DNA of 32,000 bases from Saccharolobus solfataricus (GTDB lineage: Archaea > Thermoproteota > Thermoprotei_A > Sulfolobales > Sulfolobaceae): the NCBI RefSeq assembly GCF_900079115.1, contig NZ_LT549890.1:2100001-2132000 (forward strand), in the 5' to 3' direction. Shown piece by piece: positions 1-8,752 of this stretch. Position 1 is the first letter of the stretch. Each line of letters opens with the position of its first letter. The position numbers were made by a program, and so were the translations under genes. The notes beneath the pieces are model-generated. The model did not search any database. It worked only from the letters and a program-made list of their open reading frames with translations, and had not been told where the DNA came from.

Positions 1-833
1 AGCTGTGTAAAGCAACTGGTTTACAAGTGAATGATATGATAAAGAAGATAAGTGAGATAAGAACTAAACTATTGGCATATAGAAAGCAAAATAGAAAAAT
101 GCCATATAGAGATGATAATACGTACACTTATTCTAACGCAAAGCTGGCAGAATCCATGTTGTATTCCTCATTAATTTTAAACAAGAGCATTGAGGAGGCT
201 AAGCTTGTTCTGAGTAAGTTAGGAAAAACTGTTAGTAGAAGATTAGATGGCGGAAAGGCGGGATTACCAGAAGACTATGCTGCAGCACTTTTAGCAACTA
301 TTTCCGCATACGAGGTATTAGGCGAAGAAAGGTATTATGATTTGGCAATTGAACTCGGTAGAAATATTGGAGTCATTAAGCCTAATAATTTCACTGACAT
401 GCCTAATGAGTCTGCAAATTCAATGTACATTAGGGCGTTATTCAAGTTGTCGCTATTATCTGATGAGTTTAAAGTTGATGAGGAGAAAATAAAACCTTTA
501 ATTCCCTCTTTAACTGCAGAAAACTCTCAATTTATTGCTGGCATAGTAAATTCTATCTCTAGTTACATTAGTGGAATGGCTCATGTTGTGGTGGTTGATG
601 AAAAGGATGGATTAGCTGAGAGGTTACATAAAGTTGCGTTACTTACCTATTATCCCTTTAAACTAGTTGAAAAGGTGGATGATAGCAGAACTGACTATGT
701 TAGCTCAGTAATAAGGGCTATGATTAAATATAATGTGGGAAGGAGTAGAGCATATGTGTGTATAGGCAATACGTGCAGTATGCCAGTAAGTGAAGAGGAA
801 AAGATTAAACAATTACTTAAAACTAAGCTTTGA
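1..833 (+). CDS. Thioredoxin-domain/DUF255 (YyaL/SSP411-like) protein, C-terminal part; 5' end lies outside the window
   Basis: The frame of ORF 27..833 has no stop back to base 3, so the GTG at 27 is probably internal. The C-terminal tail ...RAYVCIGNTCSMPVSEEE... resembles the conserved C-terminus of this family as I recall it. The body is helical-repeat-like. Confidence 0.55.
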   Translation, partial: LCKATGLQVNDMIKKISEIRTKLLAYRKQNRKMPYRDDNTYTYSNAKLAESMLYSSLILNKSIEEAKLVLSKLGKTVSRRLDGGKAGLPEDYAAALLATISAYEVLGEERYYDLAIELGRNIGVIKPNNFTDMPNESANSMYIRALFKLSLLSDEFKVDEEKIKPLIPSLTAENSQFIAGIVNSISSYISGMAHVVVVDEKDGLAERLHKVALLTYYPFKLVEKVDDSRTDYVSSVIRAMIKYNVGRSRAYVCIGNTCSMPVSEEEKIKQLLKTKL

Positions 834-845
834 CATTTTTTATTT

Positions 846-1565
846 ATGGGAAGGTTAGATAATAAGAAAGTAGCTATTATAGGTGTAAGCGAAGGTTTAG
901 GTTATGCTGTAGCTTATTTTGCATTAAAAGAGGGTGCGCAAGTTTGTATAAATGCGAGGAATGAGAACAAGCTAAAGAAAATGAAGGAGACTCTAAGTAA
1001 GTATGGTAATATCCAGTATGTAGTTGGTGATGTCTCTAATATTGAAGGTGCTAGGAATGTATTAGATAAGTGTGCATCTTTTCTTAACGGAATAGATCAT
1101 TTAGTTGTTACTGTTGGAGGATATATTGAGGACACAATAGATCATTTTAGTGGATTAGAAGAGATGTTGACTAATCACATAAAGATTCCTCTTTATGTAA
1201 TCAATTCATCTCTAAGGTTTCTTAGGGAAGGTTCCAGTGTAGTTTTAGTATCATCAATGAGTGGTATTGGTAAAGCATCCCCTGACCAATTATCTTATGC
1301 AGTAGCTAAAGCGGGTCTAGCTAAGGAGGTCGAAATTATAGCCTCTGAATTATTAGGTAAGGGTATCAGAGTTAACGGTATTGCTCCAACTACTATAGGT
1401 GGAGAATTTGAACCTGAAAGAAATTGGAAGAAGCTTAGAAAATTAGGTGATGATATGGCTCCTCCAGAGGATTTCGCTAAGGTTATTATTTGGCTTTTAA
1501 CTGACGAATCGGAATGGGTAGATGGAGTTGTAATACCAGTTCATGGTGGCGCAAGGCTAAAATAG
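846..1565 (+). CDS. Short-chain dehydrogenase/reductase (SDR), 3-oxoacyl-ACP reductase-like
   Basis: N-terminal Rossmann motif IIGVSEGLGYAVA (GxxxGxG), a Ser in SSMSG, catalytic YAVAKAG (YxxxK), and a length of 239 aa. Confidence 0.85.
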   Translation: MGRLDNKKVAIIGVSEGLGYAVAYFALKEGAQVCINARNENKLKKMKETLSKYGNIQYVVGDVSNIEGARNVLDKCASFLNGIDHLVVTVGGYIEDTIDHFSGLEEMLTNHIKIPLYVINSSLRFLREGSSVVLVSSMSGIGKASPDQLSYAVAKAGLAKEVEIIASELLGKGIRVNGIAPTTIGGEFEPERNWKKLRKLGDDMAPPEDFAKVIIWLLTDESEWVDGVVIPVHGGARLK

Positions 1566-2207
1566 GTGTCCATAGTGGGTAATGTTGAAAACTTGATCAA
1601 TGGTGTAGGAGAATTATGGAATAAATACGTTAAACACGAATTCATACTTAAGATGAGGGATGGATCTCTTCCATTAGATATTTTTAGATATTACCTTATA
1701 CAAGATGGAAAATATGTAGAGGATATGTTAAGAGCATTGCTAATCGCATCCAGCAAAGGTCCTATTGATAAAGTTACTAAGATACTTAATTTAGTTTTTT
1801 CTAGTCGGGATAAAGGGTTAGAGACTCATGGTAAACTTTATTCTAAATTGGATATTTCTAGAGATGTAATAGTTAAAACTGGATATAATCTAATAAATTA
1901 TGCTTATACGAGACATCTATACTACTATGCTAATCTAGATTGGAATAAATTTTTAGTTGCATGGACTCCGTGTATGTTTGGATATAGTATAGTTGGGGAT
2001 TACGTAATTGATTCTCCTAATGAAGTCTACAAAACGTGGGCCTCATTTTATGCCTCAACTGAATATAAGAAGAGAATTGAAGCTATTCTTTATGCCTTAG
2101 ATGAGGTTAGTATTACTGAAGATCTTCTAAATATATTTATAAATTCTGTAAGGTTTGAAATAGGTTTCTGGGATGCCTCCTTAAGGAAGGATCCTACGGT
2201 GTATTGA
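1566..2207 (+). CDS. TenA/THI-4/PQQC family protein (thiaminase II-like)
   Basis: HEFILKMRDGSLPLDIFRYYLIQDGKYVEDM is the typical TenA N-terminal helix pattern. Length is 213 aa. The GTG start directly abuts the SDR stop codon. Confidence 0.7.
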   Translation: MSIVGNVENLINGVGELWNKYVKHEFILKMRDGSLPLDIFRYYLIQDGKYVEDMLRALLIASSKGPIDKVTKILNLVFSSRDKGLETHGKLYSKLDISRDVIVKTGYNLINYAYTRHLYYYANLDWNKFLVAWTPCMFGYSIVGDYVIDSPNEVYKTWASFYASTEYKKRIEAILYALDEVSITEDLLNIFINSVRFEIGFWDASLRKDPTVY

Positions 2208-2209
2208 AA

Positions 2210-2872
2210 ATGAGCTGGATAAGAGATACTAGTTTTCTTATGGAGTGTGTTAAGAATGAGAACATAAAGATTGAAATCAATAGTTCTAATTATTTCATGT
2301 CCTTTAATCTCCTTAACGGAAAATATAATTTGTCGTTATTTTCATCGCATGATATTAGAATATCATATGATGGTAATAGGCTAATCGATATGCATAACTT
2401 GAGAGTTTTGAAGGATAATGAGGCTAGGGTACACATTTCTAATATGATTCGTAATATCAAGGTAAATATGTCAAATGAAATAAACAACCTCGCTATAATG
2501 TATAACATTCCAGTGAAAATTCTATATGAGAATCTAGAAGCTATATTCAATCTTGATTTCTCGCTATTAAGCTGTTTAGATTACGGCCTAGATTATTTTC
2601 TACTTCATTTGACCAATAACTTTGCAAAGCAATCGTCTCAATTTGAGGTAGTAAAGAAGTTGAAATTCATACTAGGAAATGAAAGGGGTTGTATTAAGGC
2701 TATTCTAAGCTTATCTAACACTTATGAATCGGATTCTTTTTTATTTTCGAGTGATTGTATAAATTTTCAGACTGACGTTAATGCATTCTCTAAATTCTTG
2801 AGAGATTATAGAACACTCAATGTGAAATATATAGAAGTTATAGATTATCTCAAACAAAGATTGCCTCATTAA
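2210..2872 (+). CDS. Hypothetical protein
   Basis: Long ORF on the same strand as its neighbours. The ATG at 2210 lies 3 nt after the TenA stop (the track start at 2204 is TTG). No motif recognised. Confidence 0.5.
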   Translation: MSWIRDTSFLMECVKNENIKIEINSSNYFMSFNLLNGKYNLSLFSSHDIRISYDGNRLIDMHNLRVLKDNEARVHISNMIRNIKVNMSNEINNLAIMYNIPVKILYENLEAIFNLDFSLLSCLDYGLDYFLLHLTNNFAKQSSQFEVVKKLKFILGNERGCIKAILSLSNTYESDSFLFSSDCINFQTDVNAFSKFLRDYRTLNVKYIEVIDYLKQRLPH

Positions 2873-3579
2873 CTAGAGTAGTTCTTTATGTCATATCTGA
2901 TAAACTCAAGACCTAATTTTTGTAATAATTCTCTAGCATGGATAGTTAAATCCGGAGCTACGAGTATTCCTCTTATCTTATCTCCTTTTATTTCTCTCAT
3001 GTGTAAGTAGTATCTATACAATTGTGATATTGCGTTTAGTTGAGCTTTGCTTCTCTTTACTTCAATTATTACAAAATTACCTTTTTTATCTAATCCTATT
3101 AGATCTATTTTCCCGTATGGGGTATTATACTCTCTAGTTAATGGGACAAATCCTTCTTCGATCATACTGGGATTTTGGATAATAGTATTTACGATGTCGA
3201 TCTCTCTTCCTTTAATCGTGAAATCTCCTTCCTTTACTTCAGCTGAAGTTATGTAAAATACCTCTTTCAAATCTATCTCTATTACCTCTTTTGGTCTATT
3301 TCTTTGAGCCACTATCTTTAATGGATAATCGTTCATTATTTCTATTTTAGTACCTGGTGGTTGCCAGTTTAAGGGTTCCCTTTTAACGCTTTCGTGTATT
3401 ATCACTGTACCATCTGGTTTCAATATTATCAACCTAGGTGATTCTGATGCAACTGATTCGGCTCTTCCCTTATAATTAACCTTACATGTAGCAAAGATTA
3501 CTATAAGTTCTCTATAAATTCGGTCGGTTAAGAAGGAATAGATTTCCGTGTTGCTAGGATTTAGTAGTACTGAATACAC
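2869..3579 (-). CDS. nucS: Endonuclease NucS (EndoMS), mismatch/branched-DNA nuclease
   Basis: Length 236 aa. C-terminal RecB-like nuclease core [21 protein letters not shown], and an N-terminal beta-rich DNA-binding half typical of archaeal NucS. Confidence 0.85.
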   Translation of the reverse strand: MYSVLLNPSNTEIYSFLTDRIYRELIVIFATCKVNYKGRAESVASESPRLIILKPDGTVIIHESVKREPLNWQPPGTKIEIMNDYPLKIVAQRNRPKEVIEIDLKEVFYITSAEVKEGDFTIKGREIDIVNTIIQNPSMIEEGFVPLTREYNTPYGKIDLIGLDKKGNFVIIEVKRSKAQLNAISQLYRYYLHMREIKGDKIRGILVAPDLTIHARELLQKLGLEFIRYDIKNYSS

Positions 3580-3630
3580 AGTATTACCTATTCCTAATGC
3601 TTAAATACCTTACTGTATCACTCGATACTA

Positions 3631-4689
3631 ATGGAATATTATAATTTGATACTTTATCTCCTTGTATTTGGAGCTGATATGTTAATAATTCTGCAGACCT
3701 ATAATGAAATCAAAATGTGGAAAACAGTGAAAGGAAACTTTGTAGGTAAAGTATCGATAATAGTGCCAATAAAGGGCATAGACACTAGATTAGAAAGGAA
3801 CATAGAGTCTTTGCTCTCTCAAGATTATCCATACCCTTATGAGGTAATTTACGTGGTAGAAAAGGGAGACGAAGTGGAGAATATTTTAAAAAAGTACAAC
3901 GTCAAGATCGTTTATTCAGATTTTAATTGTGATTCATGTAGCGGGAAAATTAGGGCCCAAATTTCGGGTCTTTTAAGAGCATCTAATGATATCATAGTTT
4001 TTGCAGATTCGGATACATGGTATCCTAGATATTGGCTTAGAAATTTAATTTCGCCGTTAGATAAATATGATACAACTACTACGTTTTCTTGGCCTTTCCC
4101 TTCTAGAATAACCTTAAGTAATCTCATAAGAGCAGGGTTTTGGACCTTAGGTTTTGAATCTCAATCACTTCAGAGCTCTAGATTTTTATGGGGAGGTTCA
4201 ATGGCGCTAAGAAGGGAATTCTTTGATAACGAAGTTTTAGACGAACTTTCTAAAGAATGGTGTGATGATTGTACATTGACTAGGATAATTAAGAGAAGAG
4301 GTGGTAAGATAGGTTTCGTTATGAGTGCAATTCCCCTTAATGTTTATGACGAGAATAGTCTCATAAGCTGGTCATCTCGACAGATTATTACTATTCTAGC
4401 TTATTCGCCTAGAGGAGCAAGGGCGTATTTGGTAGCAGGTACGTTTTTCGCTTTAATTCTGATTTATTCTCTAGTTTATCTCAATATAGTTACGTTCACC
4501 CCCTATATACTATGGATAGTTAAGAATGTAATTAGAGGAGTGAAATATCCTAAACAAGCTCTGATTGCATCACTTATGACTATACTGGCAATACCCTATG
4601 CGTTATTTCTTTTGGTGTTTAACTGGAATAGGAGAGAGGTCTATTGGAGGGGTAAAAGATATATAGTAAAACCTTTAAGGGAAAAGTGA
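3631..4689 (+). CDS. Family 2 glycosyltransferase, ceramide-glucosyltransferase-like (lipid-glycosylating type), membrane-anchored
   Basis: N-terminal TM helix, VSIIVPIKG start of the GT-A fold, acidic FADSDT motif, GGSMALRR motif, and C-terminal TM helices. Confidence 0.75.
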   Translation: MEYYNLILYLLVFGADMLIILQTYNEIKMWKTVKGNFVGKVSIIVPIKGIDTRLERNIESLLSQDYPYPYEVIYVVEKGDEVENILKKYNVKIVYSDFNCDSCSGKIRAQISGLLRASNDIIVFADSDTWYPRYWLRNLISPLDKYDTTTTFSWPFPSRITLSNLIRAGFWTLGFESQSLQSSRFLWGGSMALRREFFDNEVLDELSKEWCDDCTLTRIIKRRGGKIGFVMSAIPLNVYDENSLISWSSRQIITILAYSPRGARAYLVAGTFFALILIYSLVYLNIVTFTPYILWIVKNVIRGVKYPKQALIASLMTILAIPYALFLLVFNWNRREVYWRGKRYIVKPLREK

Positions 4690-4753
4690 AAGATAGAAAG
4701 GTGATGCTGATGTTCTACCCCTAAAGATTGATGATTGGAGGTGTGACGCTGAG

Positions 4754-4801
4754 ATGATGAGGTCGAGTGCTATAGATAGATGATATAAGGACCACTTCTG
4801 A
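4754..4801 (+). ncRNA. Candidate C/D-box sRNA (2'-O-methylation guide)
   Basis: Perfect C box ATGATGA (4754-4760). 12-nt spacer GGTCGAGTGCTA. Degenerate D' TAGA (4773-4776). 2-nt loop. Degenerate C' GATGATA (4779-4785). 12-nt spacer TAAGGACCACTT. Perfect D box CTGA (4798-4801). The spacing fits the archaeal 12-nt guide rule. It overlaps the likely TATA box (ATATAA, about 4783-4788) of the downstream gene. Confidence 0.35.
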
Positions 4802-4812
4802 TAATATAATAT

Positions 4813-5376
4813 ATGCAAACTACTTCAGTGGAAATTTACCTAAACATTTATTCATTTAGACGTGAGCTAGAACACTTTACCATAGAAGAGGAAAGGGACG
4901 AATGGTTAATTGTAAAAGATAAAGCCAATGAAAAGTATATTGTAAAAGAGTTTGCTGATTACGGGATTTTAATATATCCTATTTACGATTTGAAAGATGA
5001 TATATTATCTTCATTTTCCTTCCAGCTATCCTCAGTTAGCAAACTTAAAGAAGTTCTCTACACACCGGAAAAGTGGATTGATAGGCTGGATTTAAGAATA
5101 AACGATAATAGTATAGAAGTCACTTCGTTAATATTAGATTATTTAACAGGAATAGATATTATAAACTCCTTAATATCTAGCTTTGGCTTCGAATATGCTC
5201 AACTGGATGATAACTCCTTGATTATTAAAATACGCATATCTAGACCCTTGAATCACACTTTATTGGATTCCTATATTAAAGCGATTTGGCATATGCTAGA
5301 ATTGTACTATAGTGTAAAAAAAGCACAAGAGGATATTGCGTCTAAGATTACTCTAAATTATATAAAAAGCATATAA
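4813..5376 (+). CDS. Hypothetical protein, first gene of the radical SAM operon
   Basis: 187-aa ORF that ends 24 bp before the radical SAM gene on the same strand. No motif recognised. Confidence 0.5.
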   Translation: MQTTSVEIYLNIYSFRRELEHFTIEEERDEWLIVKDKANEKYIVKEFADYGILIYPIYDLKDDILSSFSFQLSSVSKLKEVLYTPEKWIDRLDLRINDNSIEVTSLILDYLTGIDIINSLISSFGFEYAQLDDNSLIIKIRISRPLNHTLLDSYIKAIWHMLELYYSVKKAQEDIASKITLNYIKSI

Positions 5377-5400
5377 AAACGTCCCCGCTTTTGGTATACT

Positions 5401-6453
5401 ATGTTATGGCTTCTAATGACAACCGGGAAATGCAACCTTAAGTGTGATTACTGTGGAGGGTCTTTTCCAGATAATGTTGTACCTTACGGTATTAAATATG
5501 ATATTAATTCAGTCAAAAAGCTCATAGAGAAAGATAAGGATTCCACAATAATATTCTACGGTGGTGAACCATTGCTTAATTATAAATTTGTAATGGCCGT
5601 TTTAGATAATGTAAGAGCGAAGAGATATGGGATACAAACTAATGGTATTGCAGTAAGGCTCCTTCCGGAAAGATATTGGAGGAAAATAAATGTAGCCTTA
5701 TTATCTATAGATGGTAGAGAGGAAATTACTAACAAGCATAGGGGTAAAGGTATCTATAAGGCGGTTCTGCGATCGGCGAAATATCTTAAGGATCTAGGTG
5801 TTGAAACGATAGCTAGGATGACAGTTACGCAGGATACTGATATCTTTACCGATGTTATGCATCTAATAGATTTAGGACTATTTGATAAAGTGCATTGGCA
5901 ATTAGATGTAATATGGAGTGAAGAATGGGATTTCAAAAGTTGGTCTTTTTCATACTTGAATGGGATAAAAAGACTAACTGACTACTTCCTTTCAGAACTA
6001 AGAAAGGGAAGAGTAGTAAAAATAATACCCATATTAGGTGTAATTAGCGCTCATTTCTTTGAGGGATATAAGGGTTCTCCATGCGGTGCTGGATATTCCT
6101 CAGTTACCGTTACTCCCGATGGGAGAATACTTTCTTGTCCGATAGCGGTAAGAGAAAAATGGGCTGAGTTAGGCAACGTAAATTTAGGGTATAGGCTCTT
6201 AGAAGATCCATTACCGGATGATTGTAAGAGATGCGAGTTCAAACGATACTGTGGTGGAAGATGTTTATATGCACAAAAGGAGAGATACTGGGGGGAGGAG
6301 GGGTTTAAGGCTGTGGATGAGGTTAATAAGGAATATCTTCGTACGGTACTCTCAATAATACCCGAAATTGAAAGACTTATCAGAGATGGCTACATAAGAC
6401 TTAGTGATTTGTACTACAATCCAATACTTGATTCAACTGAGATCATACCTTAA
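5401..6453 (+). CDS. Radical SAM enzyme with C-terminal SPASM/twitch-type auxiliary Fe-S domain
   Basis: CNLKCDYC (Cx3Cx2C) at residues 11-18, GGEPLL SAM-binding motif, and C-terminal Cys clusters CGAGY...SCPIA...[14 protein letters not shown]. Confidence 0.85.
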   Translation: MLWLLMTTGKCNLKCDYCGGSFPDNVVPYGIKYDINSVKKLIEKDKDSTIIFYGGEPLLNYKFVMAVLDNVRAKRYGIQTNGIAVRLLPERYWRKINVALLSIDGREEITNKHRGKGIYKAVLRSAKYLKDLGVETIARMTVTQDTDIFTDVMHLIDLGLFDKVHWQLDVIWSEEWDFKSWSFSYLNGIKRLTDYFLSELRKGRVVKIIPILGVISAHFFEGYKGSPCGAGYSSVTVTPDGRILSCPIAVREKWAELGNVNLGYRLLEDPLPDDCKRCEFKRYCGGRCLYAQKERYWGEEGFKAVDEVNKEYLRTVLSIIPEIERLIRDGYIRLSDLYYNPILDSTEIIP

Positions 6454-6478
6454 AAACTCTTTGTGTACAATATATTAT

Positions 6479-7174
6479 ATGAGTGTTAAATTCGAGGAAA
6501 GTAGTAGATTATTAGAGGCTATAAAAAGTATGTTAGCCTCGGCTACTTCTTCCATTTTAATAGTTACATACGGTATTGATCAAGAAGCCGCTTCTGAAAT
6601 ACTGACTAAAGCTGCAAGTGGAGTTAACACAGTCCTAGTCACAGCTGATAAGGATTGGGCAAGATGGTTGAAAAACCAAGCTGAGGCTTATAAAAAAGAT
6701 GAAGAGAAAAGGTTGTATAGAGAGCTGAGAAGAAATGAGACCATTTACACGCAGATAATCTATTTTACTCTAATTATTTCTATAGCAATCGCCATAATAG
6801 ATATTATCCTTTATTTCATGATGGGTACTCTCGTCTATTATGATGTTCCTTTATCAATAATTGCTATTGGGTTCCTAATCTACTATGGAATAAGAAGGAG
6901 GAAGGAAGCCTTATCTCAAATAAGCATATTGAGGGAGAGTGCTCAGAACTTCGTACAAGAGGTAGGTCAAATCAGGCAGAAGATTAAAGAGAAGTTGAAA
7001 ATTATAGAAATCGATAATCAAGTTTCCTTTTCAATTGTTTCTTGTGACGATAAAACTATTCTATTTAGTGCACCTCTTAAGTTTTCAATGGAGAAATCCT
7101 CAGTTCATGTGGTTATGGAAATATCTAAACAACTCGCCGATCAGTTAGTTAATCTTATACTAAAAATAAGCTAG
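6479..7174 (+). CDS. Membrane protein with a central 2-TM hairpin and unknown function
   Basis: The ATG at 6479 follows the rSAM stop by 25 bp, whereas the track start at 6404 would overlap the rSAM gene. Two hydrophobic helices are present (IIYFTLIISIAIAIIDIILYFMM and LSIIAIGFLIYYGI). The flanking soluble halves loosely resemble a PLD-like fold but lack an HxK motif. Confidence 0.5.
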   Translation: MSVKFEESSRLLEAIKSMLASATSSILIVTYGIDQEAASEILTKAASGVNTVLVTADKDWARWLKNQAEAYKKDEEKRLYRELRRNETIYTQIIYFTLIISIAIAIIDIILYFMMGTLVYYDVPLSIIAIGFLIYYGIRRRKEALSQISILRESAQNFVQEVGQIRQKIKEKLKIIEIDNQVSFSIVSCDDKTILFSAPLKFSMEKSSVHVVMEISKQLADQLVNLILKIS

Positions 7175-7303
7175 GAAGTCTTTAGAACAGCTTAATGTCT
7201 GGCACATAATAAAGATATTGTAATAAGTAGTAGAGCATTGTTTAATAAATTCTTCTACTATTGATATTTTTTAGAAGTATATGGAGTAAAATGTAAATTC
7301 CGT

Positions 7304-8347
7304 CTAGGTATTTAAATTATTACTTCCTACTAGTTCACTATATAACTCGTCAATTTTTCTCACTAACGTACTATTACTAACTCCTCTGATGAAAGCCATT
7401 ATCGTTGATCCTCCAGCTCCTACCCCCTCCTTAACATAGCCTTTTTCGTACGTTCTTATTCCTTCATGAATAGAAATTGAAAGATCTAACATACTCGCCA
7501 GTACCTTAACTCCTACTTGTTTTGCTAAACTTAACATGTCCGCAGATTTATCTTCCACTATCCACTTTGTGGTACCAATTATAATATCTTTTAACTTACT
7601 CTTATCGAATTCATTAACTATGGCAGCAGCAGCTGTCATTTGAGTCCCTCCAGCTAATAAAATCTTTCCTCTAAATCCTAAAGATATTCCAGCTACGCCC
7701 AATAGGACGGGATCAGAAACTTTAGCTAATCTTTGCAAAGGATCTGTTGGCAAATTCCTCAACGCTTCTTCCACAACTTTTCTTTTTAATTCCTTCGGAT
7801 TATCAGGAGATGCTGAACTCACTTTATCCATAGCGTCATAACCTAATGCCAAAAGAGTAGCCATTGCAGTGGTTGTACCAGCTGGTATTGATTCTCCAAT
7901 CATAATAAGTTCGTATTCATTAGATAGCTCTTCGCCTAATTTGATGCCATTTTCAATTATAATATTCACTTTTTCTATGGAGAGTGCTTGTTTTCTAATA
8001 TCTTTTCCAGGCTCACCTTGAAGATCTATATATGGAATCTTAGGTGTTATTCTACTTCCTGCATTTACTACAATTTTTAAGGACTTTGTGAAAGATAGTG
8101 ATGCTCTTGTTAATAAAGCAGGTGTTGGTATTCCAGTAGGACTAACTGGAATAGTATTTATGCTTTTACATTTACCTAGAATCACGTATTCAGCGTCAGC
8201 AGCAGGTGTAAAGTGAGTTAATTCTGGAGTTGCCCCAGCTATGGTTAACCCTGGAATTAGGCTGACGTCAGTAGTTCCTATTACTAATATATAGGCGAAA
8301 TCTTTATTTAGGGTAAAAGTTTCAGCTCCAAAATATGCCTTAATCAT
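7304..8347 (-). CDS. Archaeal CobT-like phosphoribosyltransferase homologue (UPF0284 family)
   Basis: Length 347 aa. Motifs GLTIAGATPE, IGESIPAGTTTA and LAGGTQM resemble the archaeal nicotinate-nucleotide:dimethylbenzimidazole phosphoribosyltransferase-type family. Confidence 0.7.
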   Translation of the reverse strand: MIKAYFGAETFTLNKDFAYILVIGTTDVSLIPGLTIAGATPELTHFTPAADAEYVILGKCKSINTIPVSPTGIPTPALLTRASLSFTKSLKIVVNAGSRITPKIPYIDLQGEPGKDIRKQALSIEKVNIIIENGIKLGEELSNEYELIMIGESIPAGTTTAMATLLALGYDAMDKVSSASPDNPKELKRKVVEEALRNLPTDPLQRLAKVSDPVLLGVAGISLGFRGKILLAGGTQMTAAAAIVNEFDKSKLKDIIIGTTKWIVEDKSADMLSLAKQVGVKVLASMLDLSISIHEGIRTYEKGYVKEGVGAGGSTIMAFIRGVSNSTLVRKIDELYSELVGSNNLNT

Positions 8348-8386
8348 TTTCGGTGCATATAAATAATTTCACGTATATAAAAATTT
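8348..8386. promoter_or_regulatory. 39-bp divergent promoter region with two crossed TATA boxes
   Basis: CATATAAATA (8356-8365) lies about 22-31 nt upstream of the + strand GTG at 8387. TATATAAAAA (8374-8383, read on the minus strand) lies about 27-36 nt upstream of the - strand ATG at 8347. Each box is too close to the nearer gene to serve it. Confidence 0.4.
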
Positions 8387-8752
8387 GTGAGTTTTTGGGA
8401 GTATTATAGAATGGTTGAAAAGGGAACTTTAGTAAGTATTGAGGAGTTCAAAAGTAATCGTAAATTAAAGGAAAGTGTTAAGAACGGGATAAAAGGTTTA
8501 GTGAAGTTACTTTTTCAAGAGGCTGATAAGATAATTAAATTTGACTCTAACGAGGATTTGATATTTCAATTGATGAAATTAGGATTAATTTCACCTACTT
8601 TGGCTCAAGAACTTCTTGACATTCTTAAAATTGCTGATAATCTAGATAATGTTGATGACGAAATCTTATACAGTATGCTCGTAAGAATTATGGAAGATGT
8701 TGAAGAGGCCATAAATAATATAGGGAAATATATGGTTAAAAATTCTAGTTGA
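8387..8752 (+). CDS. Hypothetical helical protein, possibly a degenerate HEPN/DUF86-like fold
   Basis: 121-aa ORF. The helical pattern ...LMKLGLISPTLAQELLDILKIADNLDNVDDEILY aligns by eye to DUF86, but the Rx4-6H catalytic motif is absent. An alternative ATG start is at 8411. Confidence 0.4.
   Translation: MSFWEYYRMVEKGTLVSIEEFKSNRKLKESVKNGIKGLVKLLFQEADKIIKFDSNEDLIFQLMKLGLISPTLAQELLDILKIADNLDNVDDEILYSMLVRIMEDVEEAINNIGKYMVKNSS

Noticed and set aside
4701-4752. I considered the upstream C/D-box-like unit as an independent feature.
   Set aside because: The C box has a mismatch (GTGATGC), there is no credible D' box (CCTA), and the C'-to-D spacer is 14 nt rather than 12. It is mentioned in the finding but is too weak to annotate on its own.
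6404-6478. The track start at 6404 for the membrane protein would overlap the radical SAM gene by 50 nt.
   Set aside because: The extension ([25 protein letters not shown]) is simply the alternative frame of the rSAM C-terminus. The ATG at 6479 gives a normal 25-bp spacing.
8387-8752. I considered the small helical protein as a HEPN (HepT/DUF86) toxin of a HEPN-MNT pair.
   Set aside because: The position that should hold the Rx4-6H catalytic motif reads ADNLDN, and no nucleotidyltransferase (MNT) partner is adjacent. At best it is a degenerate, orphan HEPN-like fold.
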